Numbered from the stretch's first letter, positions 45,779 through 57,339 are shown. The stretch: 64,000 nt of DNA from an uncultured Nitrososphaeraceae archaeon (GCA_963825865.1 CAWGVG010000003.1:179418-243417), one strand, 5' to 3'. Notes: a model not told the origin generated them from the sequence alone. A program made the numbers and translations.

Positions 45779-47072
45779 TTAAATATAAAAAAGCCATAGA
45801 TATTCTGTCGTTGCAACACTGGCATCAAGTATGTCGTTATGCGACGTTGACTCCTTGTCTAGCGAACCTTCGCTTTCTACTGCAGTTCTTAGCGATATTA
45901 TGAGTTTATCAAATATGGGATTGATTGCAACCATCTCTGATTCCATCAACATCTTGGCATGGCCCAACATCTCTCTATGTTCTGTAGAGAAATTGACAGG
46001 TATTACTTGCATATGCTCCTTCCAATGCCATTTTATTTTCTTGTAATATTCTATTACTTTCTCGTAGTCTGACCTTTCACCTAACATTTGTTTTAGTGAA
46101 CGAATAAAGGAGGGATTAGAACCATCAATATACATTTTAGCGATATTGTAGTTTTCAATCAGTTCAATACATCTCCCAAGCATTTCATTGTAGTCTGGCC
46201 TTGGGAATTCGTCAGCGTATAATACCTGTATTGCACCATCAGAAAACTGCGTTATTACAATTGCAAAGTTAGAAGAACCATAAGCAGGGTCTATCCCCAT
46301 CGATTTGGCAGCGTATGAATTAACGGTACTATCAGGATCATAGTTCTTGCCTTTTTCAATTGCTTCTTCGATATCTTTGGTATGGAATACATTACCAATC
46401 CTACCCAGATACTTGAGGTTGTATTCTCTTTCAAAACTTGGAGAAGCCTTTGCTTTTTCTATCTCTTGTCTACTGTAGATTCTGTCAAGGCCATAAGCAT
46501 CTATGTGGTTTGAAGGGTAGGCTTCAATCGTACAGCCATTTAACTCCAACACAGTTTCCTTATTTGCAAAAGTTAATCCCAGCTTTGGTTCGAACAATCC
46601 TTTAATCCTCTTGATTAGCTTGATAGCAATGTCTATGTTAGGACCTGTTACTATGCACATCTGAGAATTTCTGTAACTATTATCTTTCAAACATAGCCAG
46701 GCCATGAGCCTGAGGAAAAACTCGGTAACTCCTAATCCAGTTGCCTTCTTTACCCATAGATGCTTGTGCTTGAAGTTGTGGTTGTTTAGTATATTGTTGG
46801 GATAGCAGCCGTTAGGCAATAATAAAAGAGAATCGTACAGCAGTTTCTCATAATCAAACATTGGTTTTTCTATTCCATCTTTCTTTGGCAATGAAATTAT
46901 GTGATTAAAACAACACTCTCCTTTTGTCCTAAAGTCTTCCAGCTTATGCTCTTGTACGTCCCAAATCCAAAATGGCTTATCTTTGCAAATATCAAAAAGT
47001 CTGGTTTGTTGTTGTTGTGATATCTCTAGCGTACTGCTGCCTGATTCTCTTCCTCAGATCCTTGAATGTCAT
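45779..47072 (-). pseudogene. Terminase large subunit-like protein (frameshift ~47040, probable internal deletion)
   Basis: MTFKDLRK start; LWVKKATGLGVTE (Walker A-like), FEREYNLKY, MGIDPAYGSS, YIDGSNP, HNDILDA (RNase H-type nuclease). Confidence 0.7.
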
Positions 47073-47269
47073 CGCTCGCTGTTATCTTCTTGGTTTTCTA
47101 TTACAAGATCATTAGCTTTAGCTTTTTCTTCTTCTTGATGTTGTTTTTCTTGTTCTTCTTCTTCTGATGATATTTGTTGTTGTTGTTGCCGTTGTTGACG
47201 TCCTTTTTCTTCTTCTTCTTTTTGTAATAATAATAAGGCGATTATTTTATATATAAGCTGACAAATCAT
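47069..47269 (-). CDS. Gln/Glu-rich ORF overlapping the terminase start
   Basis: Stop overlaps the ATG (ATGA) at 47069-47072. Confidence 0.4.
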   Translation of the reverse strand: MICQLIYKIIALLLLQKEEEEKGRQQRQQQQQISSEEEEQEKQHQEEEKAKANDLVIENQEDNSER

Positions 47270-47320
47270 GTCTTTTGAGAGTTAAACCTCTTAATAGATA
47301 CCTTCGCTATTATATAGGAC

Positions 47321-47731
47321 ATGTTAGGAGATCTAATATACGAACATAAAGGCAAAATTACAAGCCAGAGAGTACAACAAGCAAGTACTGCTGAAGGAGC
47401 TAAGATGGAAACCTCTTTTTCAGGTAGCGCAAAATACAGAGGTACTGATGATACAGAGATTGGAACATATTCGACAATCTATAGACCTGAAGGAGTACTA
47501 TATGGCGAAGGACAAGGAGTGATAACTACTAAGGATGGCGAAATCGCAACATGGACTGGTTCAGGAATAGGAAAATTTACTGGTCAAGGAAAAATAAGAT
47601 TTCATGGCCCATTGTTCTACCGTACATACTCAACAGGGAAGCTAGCTTTCCTTAACAACCTTGTAGGAGTATACGAAACCCAAATAGATGAGAATCAAAA
47701 TTTCCTCTACAAAGTCTGGGAGTGGAAATGA
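47321..47731 (+). CDS. Conserved hypothetical beta-rich protein
   Basis: Intact ORF MLGDLIYEHKGKITSQRV..LYGEGQG..LAFLNN..KVWEWK. Confidence 0.7.
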   Translation: MLGDLIYEHKGKITSQRVQQASTAEGAKMETSFSGSAKYRGTDDTEIGTYSTIYRPEGVLYGEGQGVITTKDGEIATWTGSGIGKFTGQGKIRFHGPLFYRTYSTGKLAFLNNLVGVYETQIDENQNFLYKVWEWK

Positions 47732-47754
47732 CAACAAGGAATCAAGTTTTTTGA

Positions 47755-48050
47755 AAAAGCCTTTGATCTTCCTAATCTCATAATCCTCCAAGCCTAAGCT
47801 CTGTTTGGCATCACGATAGAAAGTATCAATGCGCCATCTTTTAACATATGTCCTTAATATCCTGAACACTTCCCAGTCAAGTCTGTTAGTACATAGAAAT
47901 ACGGGATCACCTTCAAGTTCTGGATTATCATATGAAACCTTAGCATAACAGTAGTAGACATGTTTCTCTCGCTTGTACCACACCTCCACAGCTTTGAACT
48001 TCTCTTTTGGTATAGTCTTTGACCATTCTGAAATATCAGTCCATCCTCTT
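47755..48050 (-). mobile_element. IS701/IS4-like DDE transposase fragment
   Basis: FLCTNRLDW..YVKRWRIDTFYRDAKQSLGLEDYEIR. Confidence 0.75.
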
Positions 48051-48269
48051 GGCAAAAGCACCAATCTGAATATTCTCTTTTAAGGAATTTGTATTAGTTT
48101 CAACACAAAATTATATTGTATTACCTGGTGGAAAGAAAATGATGTATGATAGAGTTAGTGCAAGAAATGGCTCTGTTATAATAATAGATGAAGGAATAAA
48201 ACAAGAAGACAATGGAGATTCTTCCCCATGCAGATACATTTAATATTCTAATAGTTAGAATAGTATGTT

Positions 48270-48587
48270 ATGCAATCCGTAGCGACTTTCGTTAGAGAAG
48301 AGGAGAAAAAACTAACTCTAAAAGAAATTGCCCCAAAATGGGCAAAAAGATTAGAACATACCCATAAACTCCCGTTTCCATTATCATTAACATGGCTGAG
48401 GTGGTATTATGAGCTTGACCACCCTTCAAAATGTATTGTTGGTGAAGCTTACGGTCATTGTCCCACATATCAAAAGGAATGTAAAGAATGTGATAATCTA
48501 GGTTGGAAATGTGGCGGCTTTTTTCTGTCACGCTCAAAGTTAGGATTGTTAAGTAATATTGATGCATTTGTAGAAACACTGGAATAA
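48270..48587 (+). CDS. Cys-containing hypothetical protein
   Basis: IAPKWAKRL..CIVGEAYG..CKECD. Confidence 0.6.
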   Translation: MQSVATFVREEEKKLTLKEIAPKWAKRLEHTHKLPFPLSLTWLRWYYELDHPSKCIVGEAYGHCPTYQKECKECDNLGWKCGGFFLSRSKLGLLSNIDAFVETLE

Positions 48588-49249
48588 AAAGCATAGGCAA
48601 TAGAGAAACATGTTAACCTGACTTTAATTGCAGTTTCATACCCAGGATATTTCTGCGATGTTATTGGTAATTGCCGTTAAATATACTTGTGAATTAACTT
48701 TGAATAATCCAAAAGTTACATCCTTTATTTGTTGCAGGAAATCTATTAACTGATCTTCACTATTCTAATGGTTTCTTTGTCTTTCATAACTAGGGAAGGC
48801 CTATTGAGATGGATAAGTTGAAGCCAATGTTAATTCAGTACGTCTTTCTTTCAAATAATGTAATCTGATCGATCTGCCATCGTCTTGTTGTATTTCAACA
48901 GAGCTCGCAGTTACTACATGACCTGGCACTTTTATTGCAACAAGCTTGCACTTAATAAATTTAAGCTAAACTATAGATGATTACTCAAATTATTTCGATA
49001 AAATTTACTAAAGAATGATCTATATTAATCATTGTATAGAAGAACTTCCCAGCATTACATGTGGATTATTTTTGAGGAGAAGAAATGACTTAGCTTAACA
49101 ATACGGGAAGACAGTAATACTCTATTTTCCTGTCATATCTGAACATTAGAGAAACATCTCTTTTTCAGACAGCAGTAATTCATACAATCTTGTCGTTTAT
49201 CAACAACTTCTTACAACTTAACTCTTTTACCAAATAATGCTATATGAGC

Positions 49250-49849
49250 TTATTTTAGTTCTTTCATCCATTCTCTATCTTCCAGATACTCTATTAGCCT
49301 AACCATTTCCTCTATCCTAGCCTTCCCTCCTACCTGGTTTCTACATATTTCATAGTGTTGTAGTAGAGTCTTATCTTCTTCTGTAGATAGAATACCTTTC
49401 TGTTCTATCAAGTCGAAAAATTTGTCCTCTTTTCCGGTGTGATCGGTTATAAAAACAGCATATGATTTAAGGAATCTTGATACTGGTTCTTTTATTTTTG
49501 GATCTTCTATTATTTGGCCTTCTTCTCTCCTTTCCTTCTTCCTTTGTTTCCATAACTTTATTTCTCTTCTAAGCATCATAGCGATTCTTCTGCCAAGTTC
49601 GTGTTCAATTAAAAATTTCCGAATATCTTCCGCAAATCCATTTTTATTTCTATTCTCAGGAAAGTATGCCTGCTCTTCTTTGCCATGATGAAACCTATCT
49701 ACGAATTCCTCTATCACTACGGATATAATCTCTATATCTTCTATTGGAAGATTTTCGTTAGCATACAGCTTATCAGAGCATCTTTCAATTATATTCTTTA
49801 GCCTTCTCACAGTAGTATGGTCGTGTTTAAGATCCTCAGTAGCATACAA
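49250..49849 (-). CDS. Hemerythrin (HHE) domain protein
   Basis: LKHDH, HHGKEE, EHELGR, HTGKED. Confidence 0.88.
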   Translation of the reverse strand: MYATEDLKHDHTTVRRLKNIIERCSDKLYANENLPIEDIEIISVVIEEFVDRFHHGKEEQAYFPENRNKNGFAEDIRKFLIEHELGRRIAMMLRREIKLWKQRKKERREEGQIIEDPKIKEPVSRFLKSYAVFITDHTGKEDKFFDLIEQKGILSTEEDKTLLQHYEICRNQVGGKARIEEMVRLIEYLEDREWMKELK

Positions 49850-50232
49850 GGTTAGATGACGTTATTATAGACGTAATATTAAAATATTCAATATATTATA
49901 ATTTATTTAAGTTTGCTTTAATTAGATATTCCATACGGAATTTTTCTTTTCCATTTACCATGTTTTATATAGACTTTGGTAATGAAAAACAAACAAAGAT
50001 TAAATTGCTCAGTGAAATTATGATAAATTAAATTAAAATCCAATTAGATTTTTGTTAAACGAAAAGAGAAGAATTACAGCCAGTTAATTAGAGTTGTTGC
50101 TGACTATAGGGCAAGCAGAAAAACGATCGTTACTGCTATGTTACAAAAAAAAGAAAATGAGTATATAAATTCAGCGTAAACCGTATCATACAATAGATTA
50201 TAATAATAAGACTATGCTCTAATGATCGAAAA

Positions 50233-50767
50233 TTGAAGGATAAAATAGATAACAGGAACGAAGGTGCCGCCAGGCTTATTGAATATGACATGGCTATACG
50301 TGGAGCTTATTTAGCTTACATAATTCCTATTGACACACTTATTAAAGACATTATTTCATATCATTTCTGTTCTGATGGAGATAAGCGTAAACAGTTTGTA
50401 TCTGTCATATTGAATGGAAAAAACTACTATACTTTTTCATTTGGTATCGAGATCCTTGAAAAGCTTCTTTAGGATCCATTATCAAGATTTAATTCAACGG
50501 TATCCTAAGCTGATAAATAATTTAGATATAATTAGATATCATGACTTGCTTGTACATTCAATATTGGATACCTCACATGAATTCTTGACAACGAACCATA
50601 CAAATAGTATTAGATTAATTTCTTACGATGATAACGGACAAGCAAACTGCAGAGAGGTTACTCGCTCTGAAATCGATGAAAGATTAGAAGATTGCCTTAA
50701 TATTCACTTTGCTCTAGTGGATATTCGCATGGAAGTTAAAGACCGGATTTTGACTACAATCAAATGA
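50233..50767 (+). pseudogene. Hypothetical helical protein, frameshifted, possibly degenerate HEPN
   Basis: Two overlapping ORFs; IIRYHDLLVHS resembles a decayed RxxxxH. Confidence 0.4.
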
Positions 50768-51091
50768 AAAGTCTTTACTCCAAATACCAAAGATAGAATG
50801 TAATTGCTGACTATAACTTACTTAAGTTTACTGAGTGGCAACTTGTGATATGTACGCTAAACATTTTTGTTTTATAATATATTTTATATTGAATAATAAA
50901 ATATAATGAGTTATACTATTATTTTCTTAATATTCAATCAATAATAAAGCTTTTTTGTGGTTTGTGATGGCAAGTATTGAAAGTACTAATGGTTAATCAG
51001 ACTATGTTATACAAAAACCAAACTTTCAGAGAATTTGTTGATGCATTGAAAGAGAAATTAATTAAAAGATAGGCTATTAAGATAATTAGTA

Positions 51092-52073
51092 TTAATAACT
51101 ACTTTTAATTCCTTTAATCTGAACCTGGTGGTCCTGTGGTGGAACAAAAAAGTTTATAGATACTGTTTTTCCATCCATTCCTACCGATACTTGTTTGTAC
51201 AATTTTCCATCCATTATAACAGATACAGATTGTTTTTCTGAAACTTGAGGGATTTTTAGACTTAGAGGGCCACCGTTTGGACTATAATAATTTACTCCAA
51301 AGACGATGCTATCTGTTTTATTGTCATACTTAAAATCGCTAATCCTCGCTAGACCACGTAAGTCATACGCAATAAATTGACCTTTACCTAAGTCCAATGT
51401 AGTTATTGGAGCATTCAAATCAACACCAGCACAACTGTAATATAATATACCTGACCTTATACTAGGATAAGGTTTAGCAGTAAATGCTACCTCCATACCG
51501 TGTTTTATCACTGGAATTACATTACTTCTAACAGAATCAAGCTGTGTTCCATTTCTATTGTGGGCAGATGCATATACAGTTACATTATAAACATCAAATG
51601 GACCTACGTTCTTCGCTGTCCCGACAAGGGCCTTATTATCTCCAATTGGCATGCTTGAGTAATTCAATCTTAATACGTTATAGTGTGGAACTGAAATTTG
51701 ATTTATATTTGTGATAAACGCTTTGCTGATTACCGATCGCTCAGGTCCAATTACAAATTTAAATGGTGCACCCGCAAATGGATAAATAATTCTACCATAA
51801 ATTGATTGTTTAATGGTTGTCGTCGTTTTAGAACTATCACCTCCAGTGGTATTCAATCCAACGGTGATTCCAACTGGCATCTGGCCATTGTTGTCTACTA
51901 CACCTACAACATTTAGACTGCCATTAGAATCTCTAAAAGTTACTCTGTTCTGTCATCTTAACAAGGGAATAATTATTAGCATGGGCGATTGGAATAAACA
52001 CTACTATCGCATATAGAAAGAAAAAAGTCGTCAAAATTGCAAATACGATAAAATCTGATTCGAATTTTATCAT
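51092..52073 (-). CDS. Secreted FxLYD-like (Ig-fold) protein, 5' frameshift
   Basis: VGVVDNNG.., GTAKNVGPFDVYNVTVYASAHNRNGTQLD; signal-like region upstream. Confidence 0.65.
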
Positions 52074-53315
52074 TGTATTATAGCCCTTTAATTATACAAA
52101 TTGCATGCATTATTTAAATGGCATCATGAGATCGGTTGATACTCTCACTACTCATTATTAAATATTACAGGATCAGTCAGAACAAATTGACTGATCTCTG
52201 CAACCCAATGGTACCTAACTACATCAAGATGACCATATATAATTTCCATCCACATACGATATCTCAACTTATGAACAAAACTGTCTTTATTCCTTACTGA
52301 TCGGCTACTCCATAAGGATGGCCTATTCTCTATTGGCTGTAGTCAAAAGTGCAGTGCAGGTGACAAGCAGCGATGGAGGAACAGGACCATGATTTTTCCC
52401 ACACAGATCGAGTTCTATCCATGAATAGCCAAAAGTGATCGAATGAGATATTACGGATCAGAAGATAAATCTACAGAGCAGTTGCCTAGCAATATGATGC
52501 CCATTGTGTTCTATTATTGTAGATTGACAAATTGTTGTACCTTTGTTACATTAGCTATCTACTTTAATGGTTTTTATAAGATTCAAAAGGAAATGGGTCG
52601 GGTGGAATTTGAGTCATCGGTTCCATCTCTTAAAACACATATACTATACTATAACATCTACAACCAAAGGTCAAGTAATCAAAGGAGATATGAAATGTAG
52701 CGGATGCATTGTAAGCTCAAAGGTAGATGGCAGTGATCTCAAGGTTGTTACAGGGGGATCAGCACAAAAATACCTCTGCTAAGAAAACTCATCCATATTT
52801 AACTCCTCCATTTAATGCCAATTTCCTTCTTAGATTTTCTCTGGCGGAAGAATGGTAGAAGGAGGAGATTAAACCATTCTTATATTTTAGCAATCACAGG
52901 TTTTCAGGGAATGGGTCTACTTCGTTATGTTTGCGGTATTCTTGCCAGCATGTTCCATGGAAAAATTTTAGGTTTTCTAAATCAGCAGTGTCTATGTTTA
53001 TACCGCAATATTTGCAGAGCCGACCACAATTAAATAAATTATCATTACATGCATGTGGCTTCTTGTTCTGTTTTGTTGGAGGTGTGTTAAACGTATATCA
53101 ATCACTTAGTAGTACCGTAGAATAAATAAATATGATTTTAGTATGATACATTAGCCCTCTTTGAGAATTTTGTCTCCTGTCATATAAGTTATAATACTTC
53201 AAGTCTAAACTTGCTCAAAATTAAGGTAGTTAGTGTGAATATTTCGGTACACATCTATCCCAAAAAGTACAATCAGCTAAAAGAAAATTGTCCTGACAAT
53301 GCACTAGAGGTTAGG

Positions 53316-54345
53316 TGTTGTACTTACAAACATAGGTAACAATATAGCTTACAGACATAGGTAACACTTCTGCTAGGAAGTGGAAATCTCTATAGAAATT
53401 AGAACAAAATTCAATCTCATTCATGAACATGAATGGACTGGTAATAGTATTAGCGATATTTGCAATAAATACGAAATATCTAGGAAGACATATTACAAGT
53501 GGAAAAATAGATACATAGAGCACGGAATAGACGGGTTGAAAGACCTATCTAGAAGGCCTCATAGCATCAAAACCAAAGTATCTAAAGAAATAGAAGAAAC
53601 AATACTTGATTTAAGATTAAAGACCTTTGGTACTAGTAGAATCAGGTTCAGATTAAAAAGACTTGGAGTATCATTGAGCAGTAGAACCATATACAAGACA
53701 TTGAAAAAACATACTCTCAACGTTCTAAACTGTAAGGTAAAGAATAATAGAAAGTATAAGCGATTTGCAATGAAACATCCAAATGACATGCTTCAAATGG
53801 ATATACTTGGACCATTTTACGTACACTGTTCTAGCACAAGAAATTACATGATAAGCTGTATAGATGACTGTTCAAGAAAAGTTGCTAGCAAGTGGTCTGA
53901 AAGAAAGAGGAGCATTGATGTTTTGAATGTACTAGAGGAGTGGATTATGGATAACGGAAAGCCCAGGAAAGTTATGCATGACAACGGTAAGCAGTTTACA
54001 TCTAAACTATTCAAACACTTTCTATATAAGAATAACATAAAGGATAAACCAATTCCAAATTCATATCCACAGTTACAAGGAAAGATAGAAGCATATAACA
54101 AGATTGTAAAGAATGAGTTCTTGACAGTTGAAGAAATAACAAGTATTGATGATGGAAAACTAAGGTATGATATGTTTGTCAAAGCATATAATGAAACTAG
54201 GGAACATGGTGGAATAAATGGTCTTACTCCTTCTGAAAGGTTTGTACAAAGGTTAATTAAATCTAAGACATATACAAAAAGGAAGCAAGAAAGTGTAACC
54301 TATGTAGGTAATCAAAATTGTTACCCATCTGTGTAAGTACCAACA
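53316..54345 (+). mobile_element. Complete IS481-family insertion sequence
   Basis: TGT...ACA ends, ~60-bp imperfect TIRs with internal repeats, intact transposase; no target duplication seen. Confidence 0.9.
53380..54336 (+). CDS. IS481-family transposase
   Basis: HTH ISRKTYYKW, DLSRRP, LQMD, IDDCSR, HDNGKQF, QGKIE. Confidence 0.92.
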   Translation: MEISIEIRTKFNLIHEHEWTGNSISDICNKYEISRKTYYKWKNRYIEHGIDGLKDLSRRPHSIKTKVSKEIEETILDLRLKTFGTSRIRFRLKRLGVSLSSRTIYKTLKKHTLNVLNCKVKNNRKYKRFAMKHPNDMLQMDILGPFYVHCSSTRNYMISCIDDCSRKVASKWSERKRSIDVLNVLEEWIMDNGKPRKVMHDNGKQFTSKLFKHFLYKNNIKDKPIPNSYPQLQGKIEAYNKIVKNEFLTVEEITSIDDGKLRYDMFVKAYNETREHGGINGLTPSERFVQRLIKSKTYTKRKQESVTYVGNQNCYPSV

Positions 54346-54499
54346 ATTAATAATGGGATTGATTACTGTCTATTCACCGCACATCAATAACTATTGTCTA
54401 ATAAGTGTTAATAAGATTTCAGTATTTATTCAGTTATGATTATAATATTCTTAGTAGCCCAATTAACATAAGACCAAATATCATTTTAGTTGTAGTGTT

Positions 54500-54950
54500 T
54501 CAATTGATTATCATTAGTGCTTTTGAATGGTGTTGCAATAACTTTTGTTTTTGCTCTTCTGTAAATCTTTTATCAAAGTCTGCTTTATGATAAGCACAAA
54601 ATCCTTTGAACTTCATTCCTTCGTATTTTGAGGACAGAGATAATTCATGTTCAAAAAGTTTGTCTATTGCATTAATAGGGGAATGATGATAAAATGAACC
54701 CAAATCAGCAATCACAGAAACACCATTCGTACCTAAACTCTGCCTTTTTAACTAATTGCTTGAAGAATGACATTAACCTATCTTTCCCCTTGTAATTATT
54801 ATCTGAATCAAAATACCCTTTTACAGAATCCATAATTATAAGAGAATCTTCCTTCTCATATTTTTTTATATCAATAATGCTATTGCTATTGATGTCATTA
54901 GCACTGAATATTTCAGCAAATTCTTTGTGATAGTAAATTCAATAAATAGA
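54500..54950 (-). pseudogene. MEDS sensory domain protein, frameshifted
   Basis: SLIIMDSVKGYF..GVSVIADLGSF..KGFCAYHKADF. Confidence 0.7.
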
Positions 54951-55028
54951 ATTGTTATCTGAGCAACAACATAACTAACCTAATTTTTGACTATAATTTT
55001 TTATTGTCCCAATTATAACATAATTGGA

Positions 55029-55223
55029 TTGGATAGTAAGACAAGAGGTAATATAAAACGCGGTTCAATGGTAAAAGTAGTCCAAAAAGCTAATCAAAAA
55101 ACAGGAAAGTTGACTGAGGGTATAGTAAAGGAAATTCTGACTAAATCTTCATCTCATCCTTTTGGCATTAAGGTTCTTCTTGAAAATGGAACTATTGGAC
55201 GAGTTAAGGAGGTAATTGATTAA
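55029..55223 (+). CDS. YwbE (DUF2196) family protein
   Basis: VVQKANQKTGKLTEGIVKEILTKSSSHPFGIKVLLENGTIGRVKE. Confidence 0.85.
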   Translation: MDSKTRGNIKRGSMVKVVQKANQKTGKLTEGIVKEILTKSSSHPFGIKVLLENGTIGRVKEVID

Positions 55224-55474
55224 CAACAGAAATGCAAACATTCCAGCAACATCATCTTGTTAGTAATTAAGAGTAACGAAAGCATAAGATGGTCTATCTC
55301 GAATATTACTTAAATATAATGTATCTTCTTCTAAAGCCCTGTGCCTTAACAAAAGCCCTTTTCAACCCTTTTCAAGATCCTCTCTCCGCATCTAGAATGA
55401 CTAGCGATACAACTATTGATAACAAGTTACAGCCTGGCGAAGCCGTACTTTGGAGAGACCAAGTCGCCCATACT

Positions 55475-55903
55475 TTACAGTATTAACGGTTTACCTTTAA
55501 TTGCATTATTCGTTTTAAGGATACTTTCTGTTCCATTCTTCAGGCCTTCTACATATCCATCGACTGCGTATTTGTAGTCTTTGAAATACGTTTTAATGTT
55601 AAAGTCATAATGATCCCTAATTTCATCATAACAAATACCTTCACTCAAGTTTACCACGCAATCTCTATCTACCGCATATGCATGAACTAAACCACATCTT
55701 ATATCCTGATAAATAGGTAAACCTTTATTCAATAATTCTTCATAAGGATTTGGATTATACGATTTTCCTAGACGTTTAAGAAACGCTTCATAACATGTCT
55801 TACTTTCACCTCTTGGCAAACCGAGCAGAAGCTTCCCCCAATATTCAGTACAACATGATAAACCCAGAGCTATCAATATATTGAGCTCCCTTCGTTGTTC
55901 CAT
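55475..55903 (-). CDS. Putative HEPN-domain protein
   Basis: Helical protein with IYQDIRCGLVHAY (RxxxxH). Confidence 0.5.
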   Translation of the reverse strand: MEQRRELNILIALGLSCCTEYWGKLLLGLPRGESKTCYEAFLKRLGKSYNPNPYEELLNKGLPIYQDIRCGLVHAYAVDRDCVVNLSEGICYDEIRDHYDFNIKTYFKDYKYAVDGYVEGLKNGTESILKTNNAIKGKPLIL

Positions 55904-55930
55904 CAGGATAATTTAGTTCGTGAAGATCTA

Positions 55931-56071
55931 TTGACTGGCCTTGTGCCAAAATGTCATATCTGTGGAAGAACTGGTAATTATTCACAAATGATAGATTATA
56001 ATGTTTATTCTGTGCATCCTAAGTGTGAAGAGAAAAAGAAAGAAGTTAACAATATTGCCAATCAAAATTAG
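55931..56071 (+). CDS. 46-aa Zn-finger microprotein
   Basis: MTGLVPKCHICGRTG..VHPKCEEKKK. Confidence 0.5.
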   Translation: MTGLVPKCHICGRTGNYSQMIDYNVYSVHPKCEEKKKEVNNIANQN

Positions 56072-56088
56072 GCTATGAGTATGAAAAA

Positions 56089-56217
56089 GTGTTTCATACA
56101 TGCCCCATATGCAAAACAAGCAATAATGACTTGTCAGAGTTAGGATTAAGAAACCATTTGATGAATCAACATACAAAAGAAAGTCTTATAGATAAAATAT
56201 TGTTAGATAACCCTTAA
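56089..56217 (+). CDS. C2H2 Zn-finger microprotein
   Basis: HTCPICK..LRNHLMNQH; start uncertain. Confidence 0.5.
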   Translation: MFHTCPICKTSNNDLSELGLRNHLMNQHTKESLIDKILLDNP

Positions 56218-56334
56218 CGAGTAGCCGATTTAGATAGATACATAGATGCCATTTACAGATGCCATGTGATGTGAAAACTCCACGTTATCGATATCAAAGG
56301 ATATGCCTTTGTATGTTATTTGAAATGTGTAGAT

Positions 56335-56619
56335 GTATTGACCATCGAAGATACAAAGTCCTTGCAAACGAAGGTAGAAGATCTTGCAAACAAATCCAAA
56401 GATAACGAATATTTAGTTAATGCTAAGTTATCAGAAAAAGATAAACAGATTGAGGCTTTGATGCAGAAGCAAAATCAATTTGAACAACTAATTCAATCCC
56501 TTATAGATTCAGGGCAATTGAAACCTACACTCCGCAATACAAATCATATTATTTGGAGAAACATTTTCCAATCTTATTTCACGCATAATCGACGAGTTAG
56601 ACAAGGCAGTCATAAATAA
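56335..56619 (+). pseudogene. C-terminal coiled-coil tail of an integrase paralog
   Basis: LTIEDTKSLQTKVEDLANKSKDN parallels LTISNENRLQNQMEDVIEQSRIN of the 23436 integrase. Confidence 0.55.
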
Positions 56620-56640
56620 AATTGGGGGTAGTGGATTCTA

Positions 56641-56865
56641 ATGATAAGTAATACTATTGTTGCTGACTTTGTAAGCAGGGATTGTAAAAGTAACCTACAT
56701 CAAAACTGCCACGGTAAATGGAAAGGCTTGGGATTTGAAGTCATTTGCAGATGTCTATGCTCACATGATAAAAAAGAAATGGCGTTAGGGTTGGTTGGGG
56801 AACCTGTTGCTAACACCATACATGAAATTCAGCCATCTTCTAAGGAGACTATCCAAAGACTATGA
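56641..56865 (+). CDS. Small Cys/His-rich protein
   Basis: C..H..C..CxCxC.H; ATGA-coupled to the next gene. Confidence 0.6.
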   Translation: MISNTIVADFVSRDCKSNLHQNCHGKWKGLGFEVICRCLCSHDKKEMALGLVGEPVANTIHEIQPSSKETIQRL

Positions 56866-57170
56866 CTAAAGATACATATCCTGAAGGTAAAGATAAGCCT
56901 TTTGATTTTAACTACAATTCGCAAGTAATATCACTAGAAGTTTTACTTAGGTATCATAATCTCGGGTTTAAATTAGTACCAATCGGCATAGATTCTAGAA
57001 CACCTACCATTAAATCCACCAACCAAATATATGAAAACCCTGATTATTGGTCACCAGATAAGATTGCACAAGAGCATAATAAGTTCAAAAATGTAGCAAC
57101 TACATTTGGTAAAAGTCATATTAAAGATGAAAATGGAGAAGACCTTTATCTATACTGCCGGGCTGTCTGA
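56862..57170 (+). pseudogene. Bifunctional primase-polymerase (Prim-Pol) N-terminal fragment
   Basis: YHNLGFKLVPI..SRTP..W..NVATTFG; truncated before the DxD motif. Confidence 0.55.
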
Positions 57171-57339
57171 TAAAGACAAAGAAATTCAAGGCATAAAGAT
57201 GAAATACGAAGAAATGAACTCAACCCTTCAAAATATTCTTACTGTCTTGGCCAACACAGATGAATCAGGAAAACAAGGGATAGCAAAGCAACTTATTGAA
57301 ATGGGTTTATACAAACACACAAATTCTAATTCCGGCTAA
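57160..57339 (+). pseudogene. Probable second integrase C-terminal tail
   Basis: LSDKDKEIQ..LIEMGLYK resembles LSEKDKQIE..LIDSGQLK at 56430-56525. Confidence 0.4.

Noticed and set aside
52594-52616. tRNA-3'-like remnant tgggtcgggtggaatttgagtca
   Set aside because: Too degenerate; no cloverleaf or adjacent integrase
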